NCBI RefSeq assembly: GCF_006345805.1
Contig: NC_043001.1
Span: forward strand, 41,664,001-41,728,000
Direction: 5' to 3'
DNA length: 64,000 nt
Source of the DNA: Octopus sinensis
Taxonomy: Eukaryota
Shown: one piece after another, positions 12,871-25,845 of the stretch
Layout of the letters: the number at the start of each line of letters is the position of its first letter
How positions within the stretch are numbered: the stretch's first letter is position 1
Notes under the pieces: generated by a model
The model's input: only the letters and a program-made list of their open reading frames with translations
Told to the model about the DNA's origin: nothing
Database searches by the model: none
Translations under genes and position numbers: made by a program

Positions 12871-13159
12871 CTTCTGCCACAAAGCAGAGGAATCATGGTG
12901 TAACCCACTATGGTGTGGTAAACTTTCAGACCCTAGTCTAGATTGCGAATCCTCTGTACCCCAGGATGGTTCAGCTTTCCACCCGTTAAAAGCCACCGTT
13001 TACAGAATAAGGATAACAATGTAGCTTTCGCACCCATGCAACCACCAGTCTATTGTGTGTGGTGGGTGGATCTTCAAGTTGCCACACGCAATCTTAGTAG
13101 CTTAGAGTAGGCTCAAATTAGAGATTATTCTTTGTAGCTAATGGTGTGAGTCCTGATTG

Positions 13160-13336
13160 GAAGAAGAAGAAGAAGAAGAAGAAGAAGAAGAAGAAGAAAG
13201 AAGAAGAAGAAGAAGAAGAGGAAAAAGAAGAAGAAGAGGAAGAATAAGGAGGAGGAGGAGGAGGAGGAGGAAGAAGAAGAAGAAGAAGAAGAAGAAGAAG
13301 AAGAAGAAGAAGAAGAAGAAGAAGAAGAAGAAGAAG
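13160..13336 (+). repeat. (GAA)n/(GGA)n microsatellite, probably a LINE 3' tail
   Basis: Direct read. Confidence 0.95.
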
Positions 13337-13342
13337 ACAACT

Positions 13343-13750
13343 GCTGCAAGCTGGCAGAATTATTAGCTCACCAGGCAAAATGCTTAGCACATTTCATCCA
13401 TCTTTTCGTTGTAAGGCAGAATTGCTGGCAGAATTGTTAGCACACCAGAGAAAACGCTTAGCAGCATTTCATCCATCTTTACAATCTGAGTTCAAATTCT
13501 ACTGAGGTTGATTTTTGCCTTTCATCCTTTCAGTTTGTGGATGCACATGGCTTAGTGATTAGGGTGTTGGACACATGATCATAAGATTGTGGTTTTGAAT
13601 CCTGAACTGAGTGATGAATTGTGTTCTTGAGCAAAACACTTAATTTCCTATTGCTCCAGTCCACTCAGCTGGCAAAAATGAATAATCCTCAATGAATCAG
13701 CATCCTGTCCAGGTAGGGAATTTATACATGATGAAAACTGGGAAACCAGC
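13343..13750 (+). mobile_element. SINE cluster: duplicated family A head (13343-13410 and 13425-13530) followed by a family E SINE
   Basis: gctggcagaatt.ttagc occurs twice; then catggcttagtgattagggtg...ttgctccagtccactcagctg. Confidence 0.75.
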
Positions 13751-13879
13751 CATTAAAATCAACATGTCTCAAGAAGGAGTGAAGGTAACCAGAACAACAA
13801 CACCAAGAACAACAACAACATTTTTGAGCAAAGGATGTCCCCAAATAACCATTCTGAGCTCTACATGGCACTGAGCATG

Positions 13880-14170
13880 TAATAGGACCTTCACCTAGCT
13901 GGAGGCATAGTATATCTGGAACAATGGTTCTATGGATTGTGTCAAGCTGTTTGACTAAATCAAGATAGACTGGGCTTATGCAGCAACAAGTGGTTATGTA
14001 AATTGCTGAAGATAACAAACAATCTCTCCTCAAATTACAACCTATTATCTTTATAAAAACAAAGAAGGAGAAATTGGATAATGTAGGCCTACATACTTCT
14101 AAAAAAACAGTATGATCATGGCTGGAATGCCTTTGAGCAAATATTGAGTGAATCAGAACTGGCCAGAGGT

Positions 14171-14204
<34 letters not shown>

Positions 14205-14205
14205 A
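13880..14205 (+). mobile_element. Interspersed repeat family D ending in (CAA)n
   Basis: Homologous in reverse to 40545-40745 and 32345-32445. Confidence 0.6.
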
Positions 14206-15929
14206 ACCATATAGAGTTTAAAACTTTTGAGGGAGTCTATGAAGATTCTATATTCAGTTATTTGACCAGCATCCAATCGACTTGTCTGAGAATTACTCTC
14301 AGAATGATAACAGTATCTTATAAAAAGAAGTTCTGTGTTTAATGAAAAGAATGACATTTCTTCCTTTGCTTCCTATTTATTAACACCTGCTTCCAACTAA
14401 TGAGAATCCTGTCGCCAGTGGATTGCATCTTTAGTGAATTGACAGGTTTCATCATAAACAGAATGTTCTCCCTCACAACTGTCTTCTTAATGATATCACG
14501 TACTTTTTCGTGATTTGAAATGAATGTTAAATCGTTAATATTGTCGATAGTTCTTCCCAGTGTTTCTCTTTGCAGCATTACAATCCCTGACAACACACAT
14601 CCAGTTACCTCCATGCTGCAATACAATAATCAATGACCCAAATGTTTGATTTGGCTATTGATTTATAGATGTCATTTTGATTGACTTTCATTTTCGTTAT
14701 TGGTCTTCTTTTTTTTTTTGCTATCTGTTTGCATGTTTGTTTCTAATATTTTTCAAGTTGCTTTTCACATGTAGCTGATTATTTTTTCTTTAGAAAGAGG
14801 AAACTTGGTGTGTGAATTTGTGTATATATGTGTGTGTATGTGCACACATGCACATGTACATACATAGATGTATATACACACACTCACACACACTACACGC
14901 GTATACAGATACATACACACACACACACATATATATATACATACAAACATACATGTATATATGTATATATGTACAAAGTATATATATATATATATGTATA
15001 TTCAGTTACTAATTACAGTCACTGGACTGTGACCATGCTGGGGCACCTCTAAAAGAGATTAGTTGATCATATAGATTCCAGTACATATTAGTATGTATTT
15101 TATTGACCTCTATTTGTTGAACTACTATTTTCTGGGACTTAAAGATACATTAATATAAACTACATTTTTTACTATAAGCATCAACAGCAACATAAACATA
15201 CATACACACCAGAAACACAAACAGACATGTATATATATGCCCATGGATCCAAGAACAGCACCATACTCCTATATCTACTTTGGTATGATTTCCACAGCTA
15301 GATGCCCTTCCTAATACCAACAACTTTATGGCACATTCTAGGTGGGGTTTTTTGTGCCGCCAGAACTAGTGGCACAAACAGCTAACAGGACAAGGAATTT
15401 CAGTAGGTTGAAGTGGGAACTTTATGCTAGAAAATGAGGGAAGGAGGCAGAGCAAGTTCATGTGGTGGAGATGTTACAAGGCTACTCACATTTGGAAGAG
15501 AATGTGAGATTGAGGAGCTGCAAAGAGATAAATAGTAGTAATGAGGTGTCTACAAATTTGATTCTGCCCAGGCTTATCTCACTATGGTATTCCCAATTGA
15601 GGAAAGCTAAAAAACCTGAAATGCATGTCTGGGAATCCACTAGAGGAAAGCACTGGGTAGGTATCAGGTGAGTAGAAGTGAGTGGGGATAAAAGAGCTAG
15701 GAGTGTGAATGTGTAGGGGATTTGCAAGGGTGTATAGGGGAGAAAGAGATAGGGTAACAGGAAAGGGAATGGTCAGTAGACAACCGCAGTAAAGATTGGG
15801 TTGGATTGAAGGGTGAATGTAAGCGATAAGGGATGGCAGATGACTAATGATACATGAGTTTGAGAATGCAGAATGATGTAGAAGAGAGTAGAGTCTGGAC
15901 AGCAGGGAAGATGACCCACATGATGTTCT

Positions 15930-16760
15930 AGCACAGAGTTTTACCCAACTTTGTCCTTAAAGCCTCTAGCTTTAATGACTTCATTATAAAGAGGACTACT
16001 TTGCCAAAAATGTCTTTACTAGTGGAGAGCAGACCCACTTTATAATGATGTTCTGAAAGTAAGTAGCTTTAAAGACAAAATTAGGTATACTCCTATCACA
16101 GAACCACAAAAAAAAAAAAAAGAAACAGACGCCAGAACATCTTATGGTTCACCTCCACCCTTTTTTCTACAGACATCAAAACCATCATAAGCAAAATCTT
16201 CCTAATATTAACAGAAAAAACTTCTATGCTTATCACAGATACAGAAAACATTTCAATAGGCACAATTTGAAGATTTGTTTTAATTCCATTAAAAGCATAG
16301 TTTCATACATACATACATCACCTGGAGAAACTGAATGTTCTTGTAGAAATAGAGAAATGTGCCTGCTCAGTGGAGCATGTAATACCAAGGTTATGATATA
16401 AGAATCATCAGCCAGAGCAGCTAATAGAAACAACAGCACCTACATTAAAATGTATGATAGGTTTGCTGAAGGCAACTTTAAAGCAAAATACAATAGCCAT
16501 AACTCCTCCATTATAACCTGGAAGAAATGCAAGACCACAAAGCTCTTCAGCTATATCAGGGATTTGAAAGAGAGATTCAATGACCATTCCATCAATTGGA
16601 AGATCCTAAAAAGATGCAAGCCTAATATATATGGTAGCAGAAGGTGTTACCTCTGTAATGCTGAAAGATAGCTTATTTTGAAGAGCGCACTGTTTAAACA
16701 TTTTGGATGCTACCCACCAGCCACAAAATATATACTCAGATTTTGGTCTCTTTCTACATA
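15930..16760 (+). mobile_element. Penelope-like element 3' region (RT thumb plus GIY-YIG endonuclease), decayed
   Basis: RNRRQNILWF (approximating RKRNIIWFNPP), CSCRNREMCLLSGAC, FKAKYNSH, WKILKRCK and CYLCNAE. Confidence 0.85.
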
Positions 16761-17324
16761 GAATCAGCAAGAGACTATATGAACTTTTATTTTTTATATT
16801 AATTACTACTTTTTTTTATTAATTTTTATTAATTTGTATGAATGATTTTAGTCACATCAATTTATGTAGACTTATGTACATGTGTACGTGGATGTGTGAG
16901 TGTGTGGGTGCATGCATGTGCATATGTGTGTACTTACAGACTTGTACATATCTAAATAATTTTTTATACTTTTATATTTGTAATATTTTATATAACTACA
17001 TACATTATTACTAGACTACTCCCCATTTACACTCCACCAAAAATTTATACATACATTTTATATATTTTTAATTTTCTTCCCTATTTTTCCATACTTGATC
17101 ATGTTTTATGCATTATCAATATTTACTATATTTCATACATACTTTTTCCCACAAAAAAATCACAGACTATTTTATCTCCAATGTTTTTAATCATTCAGAT
17201 TTTTTAGCTAACTCCTTGTTCATCTTTTTATATACATATAAGTGTGTGTGTACATGTATGAGGGTGCGAATATATGTTTGTGCATATATGTGCATGGATG
17301 TGTGCATGATTATGAGTGTGTATG

Positions 17325-17358
<34 letters not shown>

Positions 17359-17361
<3 letters not shown>

Positions 17362-19336
17362 TCTTCTTCTTGCTATATAAAATTAACTGTGTGTGCATGT
17401 CTCCTCTATACACAGTCAAACTGCTGGATCAATCTGTACCAAATTTGTCATGAAGGTTTCATTACTCAGGGAAGGTTCTGGGTAGGGGGCAAATTTTGGC
17501 CCTTGCCCATTCAGGGGTTTCAAGTAAAATTTCTGAGTACAGTCCTGCATTCACACCAACATTTTCACACAAAGGTTAGTTGTTGATAAACATAATTGTG
17601 ACTGGATAAACTTTTGTAAATATTTACAATAACACCATACTCACTAAATACTAACCCTAACTGTAACCCTAAGCCATAAATTTGTTTACAATGGGGCCAA
17701 TGCTAAGCCCCTGCAACCCCTGCAGTCACAGGGGGCCTCTGCGAAGAACTGGAATTACCATAATGTAAAACTTAAAATTCGATGTTACACACAACTTATG
17801 TAATTTTCAGAAGAAAAAGTAACAGTAAGGTTTCTAAATAATGGAAGGTGAAAACTCTTGTTAAATTGATACAAGTCGTTCATTCATTCAGTCCTTTAGG
17901 CAATGTACACTGTAGGAAATCTTTCAATTTATACAGTAAACTTTATCCCGTGTTAGAGATATTGACATGAGTTATTCAAATAATTGTTCGTGGACTGGAC
18001 CTAATAAAGTTAGCTAGAGTACACTCGGTATTTCATATCTAAATCTCATGTGACTATTTCTACTTGGATAGGGATTAGTAAATGTTATATCTTGATAAAC
18101 TTCCAATACATATTATGGATATTTTTGGAACAACTCACCTTATTAACACTTGATATTTTACATTCAAATCTGATGTGAGTATTTATTCTTAGATATGGAT
18201 TGAAAAATATTATATGCTGATAACTTACATTACCTATTTTTCATATTCTTGGGGCAACTTAACTTATTAACAGGCAGAAACGTTAGCACGCCGGGCAAAA
18301 TGCGTAGCCGTATTTCATCTGCCGTTATGTTCTGAGTTCAAATTCCGCCGAGGTCGACTTTGCCTTTCATCCTTTTGGGGTCAATTAAATAAGTACCAGT
18401 TACACACTGGGTCGATATAATCGACTTAATCCGTTTGTTTGTCCTTGTTTGTCCTCTCTGTGTTGAATAGGGTAGTAAAGAAATAGATATTTCTATTTTA
18501 AATCAGATGTGAGTAATTATACTTGGATAGAGATTGAAAAATATTGTCTGCTGATAACTAACATTACATACTAGCCGGCAAGGGCAGGGGTGGGGGTGAG
18601 AAATTGAAGTTGACAATAGGTGGATTGTGCTGTATTGTCCCCATCTGTCAAAGATCTTCAAAGCATACATCAACGTTGAGTTTTGTAACTCTGTGAAATC
18701 CATAAAATGTGTGTGCAAGTATGCGAACAGGGGGTCAGGCATGGCTACTTTTGCCGTCAGATAGCATTCTACATTACCAGATGGCATTCTACATTAGCGG
18801 CAATGAAGCAGCCTGGAGACTGTCTAACTTTCTACTGCCTGAATGACATCCAACTGTCATCCATCTAGCTGTACATCTAGAAAATAGCCAGCAAGTCTAC
18901 TTTAATCCAGACAATCGACAACATCTGCAGCAGCAACTTGAAGCTCCAGGTTCAACAGCACTGACTGCTTTTTTTTTTTTGAGCTAAGTTTTGTTATGTC
19001 GATAATCAAATCTCAAAGACAATCTCTCAAGGTTGTTGGATTTAACCTTGCTTCTCCTTGCTTCTCTCATGGGCAATTATATGTAGGATGTTCACAAGTT
19101 GGAAATCCCAAAACTATTTTTATTTGTACCTCAATTAAAGAACATACTAGAAACATTGTATATTTAGAAGTTTACAAAATTAAACTGTGATTGATTTCAG
19201 GATTTGTTTTAATAACTTTGTTTATACTCATGACATCTGATAGAATTTTTCTGAAAATATATTTTTAATCAGAATAAATAGATTTATTTCCTTTAACATT
19301 CTTTAAACTTCCTAGCAAATCGGGTACTTAGGCTAG
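17359..19336 (+). mobile_element. Helitron deletion derivative with both termini
   Basis: 5' A|TC...tatataaaa. Rep fragment EVDNRWIVLYCPHLSKIFKAYINVEFCNSVKSIK...EAAWRL...HPTVIHLAVHLENSQQVYF (18598-18970) abuts the PIF1-type helicase C-terminus KSQRQSLKVVG...FSHGQLYVGCS...NIVYLE (18996-19190). 3' decayed hairpin cctagcaaatcggg followed by CTAG|T. Confidence 0.88.
18272..18493 (+). mobile_element. SINE family A inserted in the Helitron
   Basis: Close match to 5901-6126. Confidence 0.9.
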
Positions 19337-19516
19337 TATACACACACACACACATATATGCACATACATATACACACACACATATACACACATGCATATA
19401 TGTATGTATATGTATGTATGCATGCATGCATGTATGTATACATACATACACATATACATATACATGCAGTCCCATAAAGTACATTACATTCATTATATAA
19501 TATATATTTCATTCAA

Positions 19517-20801
19517 TCAGGTTGAGTAAAAAATAAGCAACGTTTTAAACCATGAAGAACTTGTACCAGATTTTTACAGAGTTTTGAATTTTTTTAAACA
19601 TTTTTTTTTGCAATTGTCTGATAATACAGACATAGACGTTCCCAAATGCATCAATAAATTAACATTGATATTTTTTTTCACCATTGTTACAATTGTCTGA
19701 AATGGAACTGTCAAAGCACAATATTCAAGCAATTTTGCTATTCAACTTCAAAAAAGGATGTAAAGCAGCTGGAACAGCTTGCAATATCAACGAAATGTTT
19801 GGTGAGGAAATGACCAGTAAGTGGTCAGCTCAAAAATGGTTTAAATGATTTTGCAGTGGAGACCTGAGCCTTTGAAGATCATGAGCATAGTGGATGCCCA
19901 TCTGTCATCAATGATGGTCAATTAAAGACCGTCATTGAGACAGATCCACATAAAACCACTTGAGAACTGACAAAAGAACTTCAAATTAGCCAGAAAACTG
20001 CCTGCAACCATTTGCATGCAATTGGAAAATCAAAAAATCTCAACACATGGGTACCACAAGATTTGAATAAAAATCAGAAAATGCGCAGATATGAAATTTG
20101 GTCGTTGCTTCTTCTACATAACCAGACTGATCCATTTCTCAACTGTATTGTAAACTTGCTATGAAAAGTTGGATTCTGTACAATAATAAACAACATTCTT
20201 CACAGAGGTTGGACTAAAATGAAGCACTGAAAATTTTCTCTAAACCCAAGCTCTTCAACAGGAAGGCTATGGTGACTATTTGGTAGTATACTGCTGGACT
20301 AATCCACTATAACTTCTTAAAACCTGGAAAAACCATTACTGCAGAAACATATTGCCATAAAATTGCCAAAATGAAGTAAAAACTGCTATTCCTCCATCCC
20401 AGACTGATCAACAGAAGCAGGCCAATCATTCTTCATGACAATGCTTGACCACATGTTTCACTAATGAGGCTCCAGAAGTTGAAGGAACTTGGCTACGAAG
20501 TTCTATACCACCCAGCTTATTCCCTAGACCTTTCTCCAACTGACTATCACTTTTTCAAGCACCTTGATGGTTTCCTGTGAGAGAAGGAGTTTAAAAAATC
20601 AAACCGATGCTGAAAGTGCATTCAAAGATTCTTCAACTCCGGAACTCCAAATTTTTATGTTACCAGAATAAACAAACCTGTAATTCATGGGCAAAAATGT
20701 GTTGATGGTATTTACTTTGATGAATAAAATTTCTGCATTGTTGAAATATATTGTGATGAATTTCATGTTTCAAAACGTTGCTTACTTTTTACTCAGACTG
20801 A
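19517..20801 (+). mobile_element. Full-length (about 1285 bp) inactivated mariner
   Basis: TIRs tcaggttgagtaaaaaataagcaacgttt and aaacgttgcttactttttactcagactga|ta; WVPQDL and YSLDLSPTDYHFFKHL motifs; multiple stops. Confidence 0.92.
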
Positions 20802-20826
20802 TATTTCTATGATACTACATTATATA

Positions 20827-22100
20827 TCAGGTCATCCCATAAGTTCTGTCCGAATTTTGAATAAAGAAAACAAGTGATCAAATGTTATATTTAATTGAAA
20901 TTTAATCATCAATGTACTTTCCCTGATAATCTATGATTTCTTTCCATCTATTTTAATCCTATCAATGTAAAACTCTTTTGGTTTCAAAGCAAATAACTCT
21001 GAAATATCAGTTTCAACCTCGTCCTGGCTTGCACAAGTTATGTCCCCCAAATGATTCTGTAAAGTACGAAACAAATGGTAGTCGGACAGAGTAAGGTTGG
21101 GAAAATAAGGTGGATGAGGAATTTTTTTCCAACCAAGCTCTTCGATTTTCTGTGATGTGATCTTTGCAGTGTGGGGTCACGCATTGTCCTGATGAAACAT
21201 CACTCCTTTTTGATTCACTAAAGCGGGTCTTTTTTTCTTCAAAGCTTCGTTCAAACGCTCTAATTGCTGACAGTATACTTGAGCATTGATTGTTGCATTA
21301 GGTGGTAAAAATTCAAAGGGAATTACTCCTTTGCAATCCCACAAGATAGAAAAAACTTTTTACCATGAATTTCCCTTCTCAGTTGTGGTTGAGCTTTTTC
21401 CCTTTTACCAAGCCACTGTTTACGACATTTAACATTTTGATAGAAGAGCCAATTTACATCACCAGTCACAAGTCTATCCAAAAAGGGTGAAATGAGTTCG
21501 CGAGAATGGAGAGAAGAGCAGATGTCAACTCGGGATTTGCGGTTGCTTTCGGACAATTCATGTGGCACCCATTTTCAAAGTTTAGGAACCTTTCCAAGTT
21601 GTTGAAGATGATGATGAACAGTTGTATGGTTTGAACTAAGCTTTATTGCCAATTCTTCAACTGATGATGCAAGATTTTCTTCAAGTAATGCCTCAAGGAG
21701 CTTATCATCAAACTCAACTGGACGTCCTGTTTGATCTTCATCTTCAAGGCTGAAATCTCCACTTCTGAATTTTGCAAATCATCTTATGCAAGTTCTTTCA
21801 TTCAAGCATTCTTTCCCATAAACTGAGAGTATGTTTCGAGTCGCTTTGGCTGCAGAGTTTCCTTTTTTGTACTCATAAAGCATTATGTGCCTTAAATGCT
21901 CTTTGGATACTTCCGTGTTAGAAAGGGTTTTAATCAAAGAAATCTTAATTCTATTATTCTGTAAAATAATATTTAATTAGTTTAAATGTACACAAATGCA
22001 TAAAAATAATTTTTAATTCCATTAGACATTCTAAAATACTATTAAATTTCATTCAATTTTAAAAAAGGTAAAATCGGACAGAACTTATCAGATGACCTGA
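20827..22100 (-). mobile_element. Full-length (1274 bp) inactivated mariner
   Basis: ta|tcaggtcatcccataagttctgtccga ... tcggacagaacttatcagatgacctga|ta; ORF remnant PHELSESNRKSRVDICSSL...DRLVTGD. Confidence 0.93.
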
Positions 22101-22504
22101 TACATTATATTATATCTTATATATTATTATATCTTATTACATTTCATATTATGCCATTTTATATCGTCATTTTATTTTTAATCTTACTTTTATTTTTAAT
22201 TCTAATTATTTTTTTTAATTTCTAAGATAATTTCTATTTTTAATTTTAACCATACACAATCTTCATAACTTTATGACAATTTTTGAACCAAAATCTCACA
22301 ATTAAGTCTAGCAGAGTTGTTATCTTTTGAGTGATTAAATGGTTTGGTTACATTTTGGGGCAACACCAAGCACTTTTCTTATAACAGGTTCTCAAAATAG
22401 CTTATAAACACTGGCATATACATTAATTGATGATTGCAAATCAAGTAATTTCATGCCTGTGGCTTGCCATGACACTCCAAGAGTGTTCCATGCTTGTATT
22501 AAAG

Positions 22505-22841
22505 TAAGTAAAGACCCCCTTCGGTCATGAATGACCATGGGATTGCACCTAGAAAGTTACCCTCCTAGACACACAAGTCCGGGCAAGGTTGTTTATGGAA
22601 GGCTAGCAGTCGCCCATGCACACCAGCCTCCCCTCTCCATGCCACCAGTGTTATCCAAGGGAAAGACAAAGGTCGATACAGCTTGGCACCTGTGACGTCG
22701 CAACTCATTTCTACAGCTGAGTGAACTGGAGCAACGTGAAATAAAGTGCCTTGCTCGAGAACACAACACGCAGCCCGGTCCGGGATTCGAGCGTACAACC
22801 TCACGATCATAAGCTCGACGCTCTAACCACTGAGCCATGCG
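22505..22841 (-). mobile_element. tRNA-derived SINE family E, intact
   Basis: Minus strand gcgcatggctcagtggttagagcg...ctcgaatcccggacc head, body with gagcaaggcactt, and a probable LINE-derived tail. Confidence 0.88.
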
Positions 22842-23125
22842 CATATATACATACATACATACATACATACATACATACATACATACAAACATACATACAT
22901 ATATATGTGTGTGTGTGTGTGTGTGTACTGACCCATTCCTAAATTTTCCATTTGGTCATTCTCGATAGACTTAAATCTTCCCCTGACTGTTCTCAATTAC
23001 TATTAAACTTACTTTTTATTTTTTATTTTATTTTTATCTATATATTTATTTTTTCTTGATTTCATTTCTTTCTCTTCTTCTCCTTCCCCTTCTTTCTTCC
23101 TTCCTTTTGTTGTTGTGGTGCTTTT

Positions 23126-23193
23126 TCTTCTTCTTCTTCTTCTTCTTCTTCTTCTTCTTCTTCTTCTTCTTCTTCTTCTTCTTCTTCTTCTTC
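23126..23193 (+). repeat. (TTC)n microsatellite
   Basis: Direct read. Confidence 0.95.
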
Positions 23194-23513
23194 ACACATG
23201 CTTTTGTATTCTTTATATGTGTGTGTGTATATATAAATTTTTTTTTAATATTCTTTTCTTTTTTCTGTGTATATTTTTTTGTGTGTATACTTGTAAGAAA
23301 AATCTTTTGCTATTTAAGCAACCAGTAAAGTACATTTTTCAATTTGAAAATGGCTACATGAAGCTTGAAACTCATATCAGAATAACTCACTGTAAACATT
23401 ATTATGAAGATTAAAATAAAAATTATCTCCTCAAAAAAGCCATCTTTACTCATTCCTTCAAATATATATAATACTGTACCAAGAATTTTCTCTTTATTAT
23501 TCTACTATATATG

Positions 23514-23539
<26 letters not shown>

Positions 23540-23547
<8 letters not shown>

Positions 23548-23990
23548 ATATATATATAAAAATACAAAATGGGACAAGAACGCAAAACATTCAAATAGAC
23601 GATACAAAAAACACGGACGGGTCACTCGAAGCCTCTAATCTTCAGTCAAGAACCAGATCATCCTCGCAATTTCAGCTGATTAATCTTGAGATTGCTCCGA
23701 TCTGGCCAGCCCCAAGGAAAATCTAAGCTATGAGCATTAGATTTCTTGGAAAAAGGATCGAATGTATATGAAGCAAGGACAGAAAAACGGATGATGTTAC
23801 ATGAATATAAATACAAAAAGCAAAAAATAATACAGATATAAATACAAAAAAACAATAATAATAATAATAATAACAGGACATAACAACAGGCGTCTTTCAA
23901 CTTAGATGAATTGAACTCAGCTGGCGTATTTGAAAAATAATGCCTTACGGCAGACAAAGAAAGCGATGTTATCATGGCGCTGGTCCGAAG
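23540..23990. mobile_element. Unclassified interspersed repeat
   Basis: More GC/CpG-rich than its flanks; its A-rich part resembles 25200-25330 in reverse. Family not assignable by eye. Confidence 0.45.
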
Positions 23991-24300
23991 TGAAAGGGCT
24001 ATAGTTGGCCAGCGGTCACATGGGAAGAGAAGAGAGAGAAAAAGAGGGGCAAAGGAATTAAAGAGGGGGAGAAGAGAGAGAAAAAGAGGAACAAAGGTAT
24101 TAAGGAGGGGGAGAGGAAAGAGAGTGTGCCAAGGATTGGCGAGAAAAAAGAAAGACAGGGACTATACATATATACATACATACATATACATATATATATA
24201 TATATATATATAAGGATAAAAATCATGTAAATGATTATTATCAGGTAGTCAGCATGGAAATAAGCAATTTATATATCAAATTTAATAATTATATAAATAC

Positions 24301-24662
24301 TCTTTTACTTGTTGCCGTCATTTGACTGTGGCCATGCTGGAGCACCACCTTTAGTCAAGCAAATCTTATTCTTTGTAAGCCTAGTACTTATTCTATTGGT
24401 CTCTTTTGCCAAACCACTAAGTTATGAGGACATAAACACACCAGCATCGGCTGTCAAGTGATGTTGGGGTGGGGGACAAACACACACACACACACACACA
24501 TATATATACAATGGGCTTCTTTCAGTTTCTGTCTACCAAATCTACTCACAAGGCTTTGGTCAGCCCGATGCTATAGTAGAAGTCACTTGCCCTAGGTGTC
24601 ATGCAGTGGGGCTGAACCTGGAACCATGTGGTTGGTAAACAAGCTACTTGCTACACGGCCAC
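24301..24662 (-). mobile_element. SINE family B
   Basis: Near-complete match to 5655-6258 without the nested insert. Confidence 0.9.
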
Positions 24663-24991
24663 AAGGGAGTAAGTCGAAACGTGACTCTTTTTCCTCCATA
24701 CTGAATGAATGTCTAAACATTACAAAGCTACTGAGAAAAACTCCATAAATAAATGCAATTGAAAGCGGGCTAGTAAGAAGATATTTAAAAAAAGACTCCA
24801 CATTAATTGTGAATTAGCTAATTTTAAGATTTAGCTAATTTGCAATTAATGTGGAGTCTTTTTTAAATATCTTCTTACTAGCCCACTTTTGATCACATGT
24901 ATTTACGGAGTTTTTCTCTTTAGCTTCGTAATGTTTAGGCATTCATTCAGTATGGAGGAGAAAGGTCATTTTTCAACTTTCTCCCTTTTGT
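24661..24991. mobile_element. Foldback/MITE-like palindrome (about 160-bp arms, 9-nt loop)
   Basis: The arms are reverse complements with scattered substitutions; loop at 24822-24830. Confidence 0.85.
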
Positions 24992-25689
24992 CGACTGTTG
25001 ATTACTCCCTATTTTGAGCTTTCAATGACAACACATACAAACATACATGTGTGTGTGTGTATATATGTATGTATTGTTGTTGAAATTATGTTGATATAAC
25101 TACAAACCAGTTTAAGAATAGATCTCATCAACATAATAGGGAATAATAAAAACAGTCAACAACTGGGGAGGAGTTACACTTCTTTGGTATTGCTCCATAC
25201 TTGTCTCTTATTATGCGTTTACGTATTTTTCACTCATTGTTGATGTCCTGTTCTTATTGTGTATTTTTTTGGTATTTTGTCCTGTGCTTATCATTCATTG
25301 ATGATGTCCTGTACTTAATGTATATTTTTTTATTTGTGTGTGTGTGTGTGCACATGTGTTACAATCCCTTTGCCTTAACATTTCATAATAGGTTTAAGCT
25401 AGTGTCACCATTATACAAACAGTGCCCTTTGTTTCTAATATTCTATGGAAAGATGTCTGGTAATGTGGAAATATATCTTACTTGGAAATTGGTGAGAGCT
25501 GATCACAGGAAGAGCATCTGGCCATAAAAATTCCATCTCAATAAGATTCCTTCAAATCCATGCAAGCATGGAAAAGTAGATATCAAAATGATGATGATGA
25601 AGAGATATATATGAAGTGATACCCAGGAGTAACCAGAAATGTACTCTGTGGGACAAACCTGTTGCAGTTCAGGCTTATACTGCTAGAAG

Positions 25690-25845
25690 CCAATTCATTT
25701 CACATTGCTCCAGTCCACTCAGATGACAAAAGTGAGTAATCCTGCAACAGACCAGTGTCCTGTCCAGGTGGGGAATATATGTGCCATGGGAACCAGGAAA
25801 TGGGCCTTATGAGTCTATATGACTCGGGAAGGAACTTTACTACTT
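25690..25845 (+). mobile_element. SINE family E variant, 3' part
   Basis: ttgctccagtccactcag...cctgtccaggtgggg, as at 13650-13720. Confidence 0.65.

Noticed and set aside
13722-14357. 211-aa minus-strand ORF, the longest in the track
   Set aside because: It spans SINE/repeat D sequence and a (CAA)n run in antisense, with no splice or domain support.
17651-17675. TAACCC telomere-like units
   Set aside because: Only 2-3 imperfect units, internal to the Helitron.
18040-18560. Repeat-spacer-like pattern (also the RTE 3' UTR units) considered as a CRISPR array
   Set aside because: Eukaryotic context, diverged repeats of irregular period, and no cas genes.
22775-22841. tRNA-like sequence (also 12684-12755 and other SINE heads)
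   Set aside because: A and B boxes are present but no convincing acceptor stem or cloverleaf; each runs into a SINE body.
23341-23385. Hammerhead-like string ttgaaaa-tggct..agctt-gaaac-tcatatc
   Set aside because: Two or more core mismatches, with poor stems I and III.
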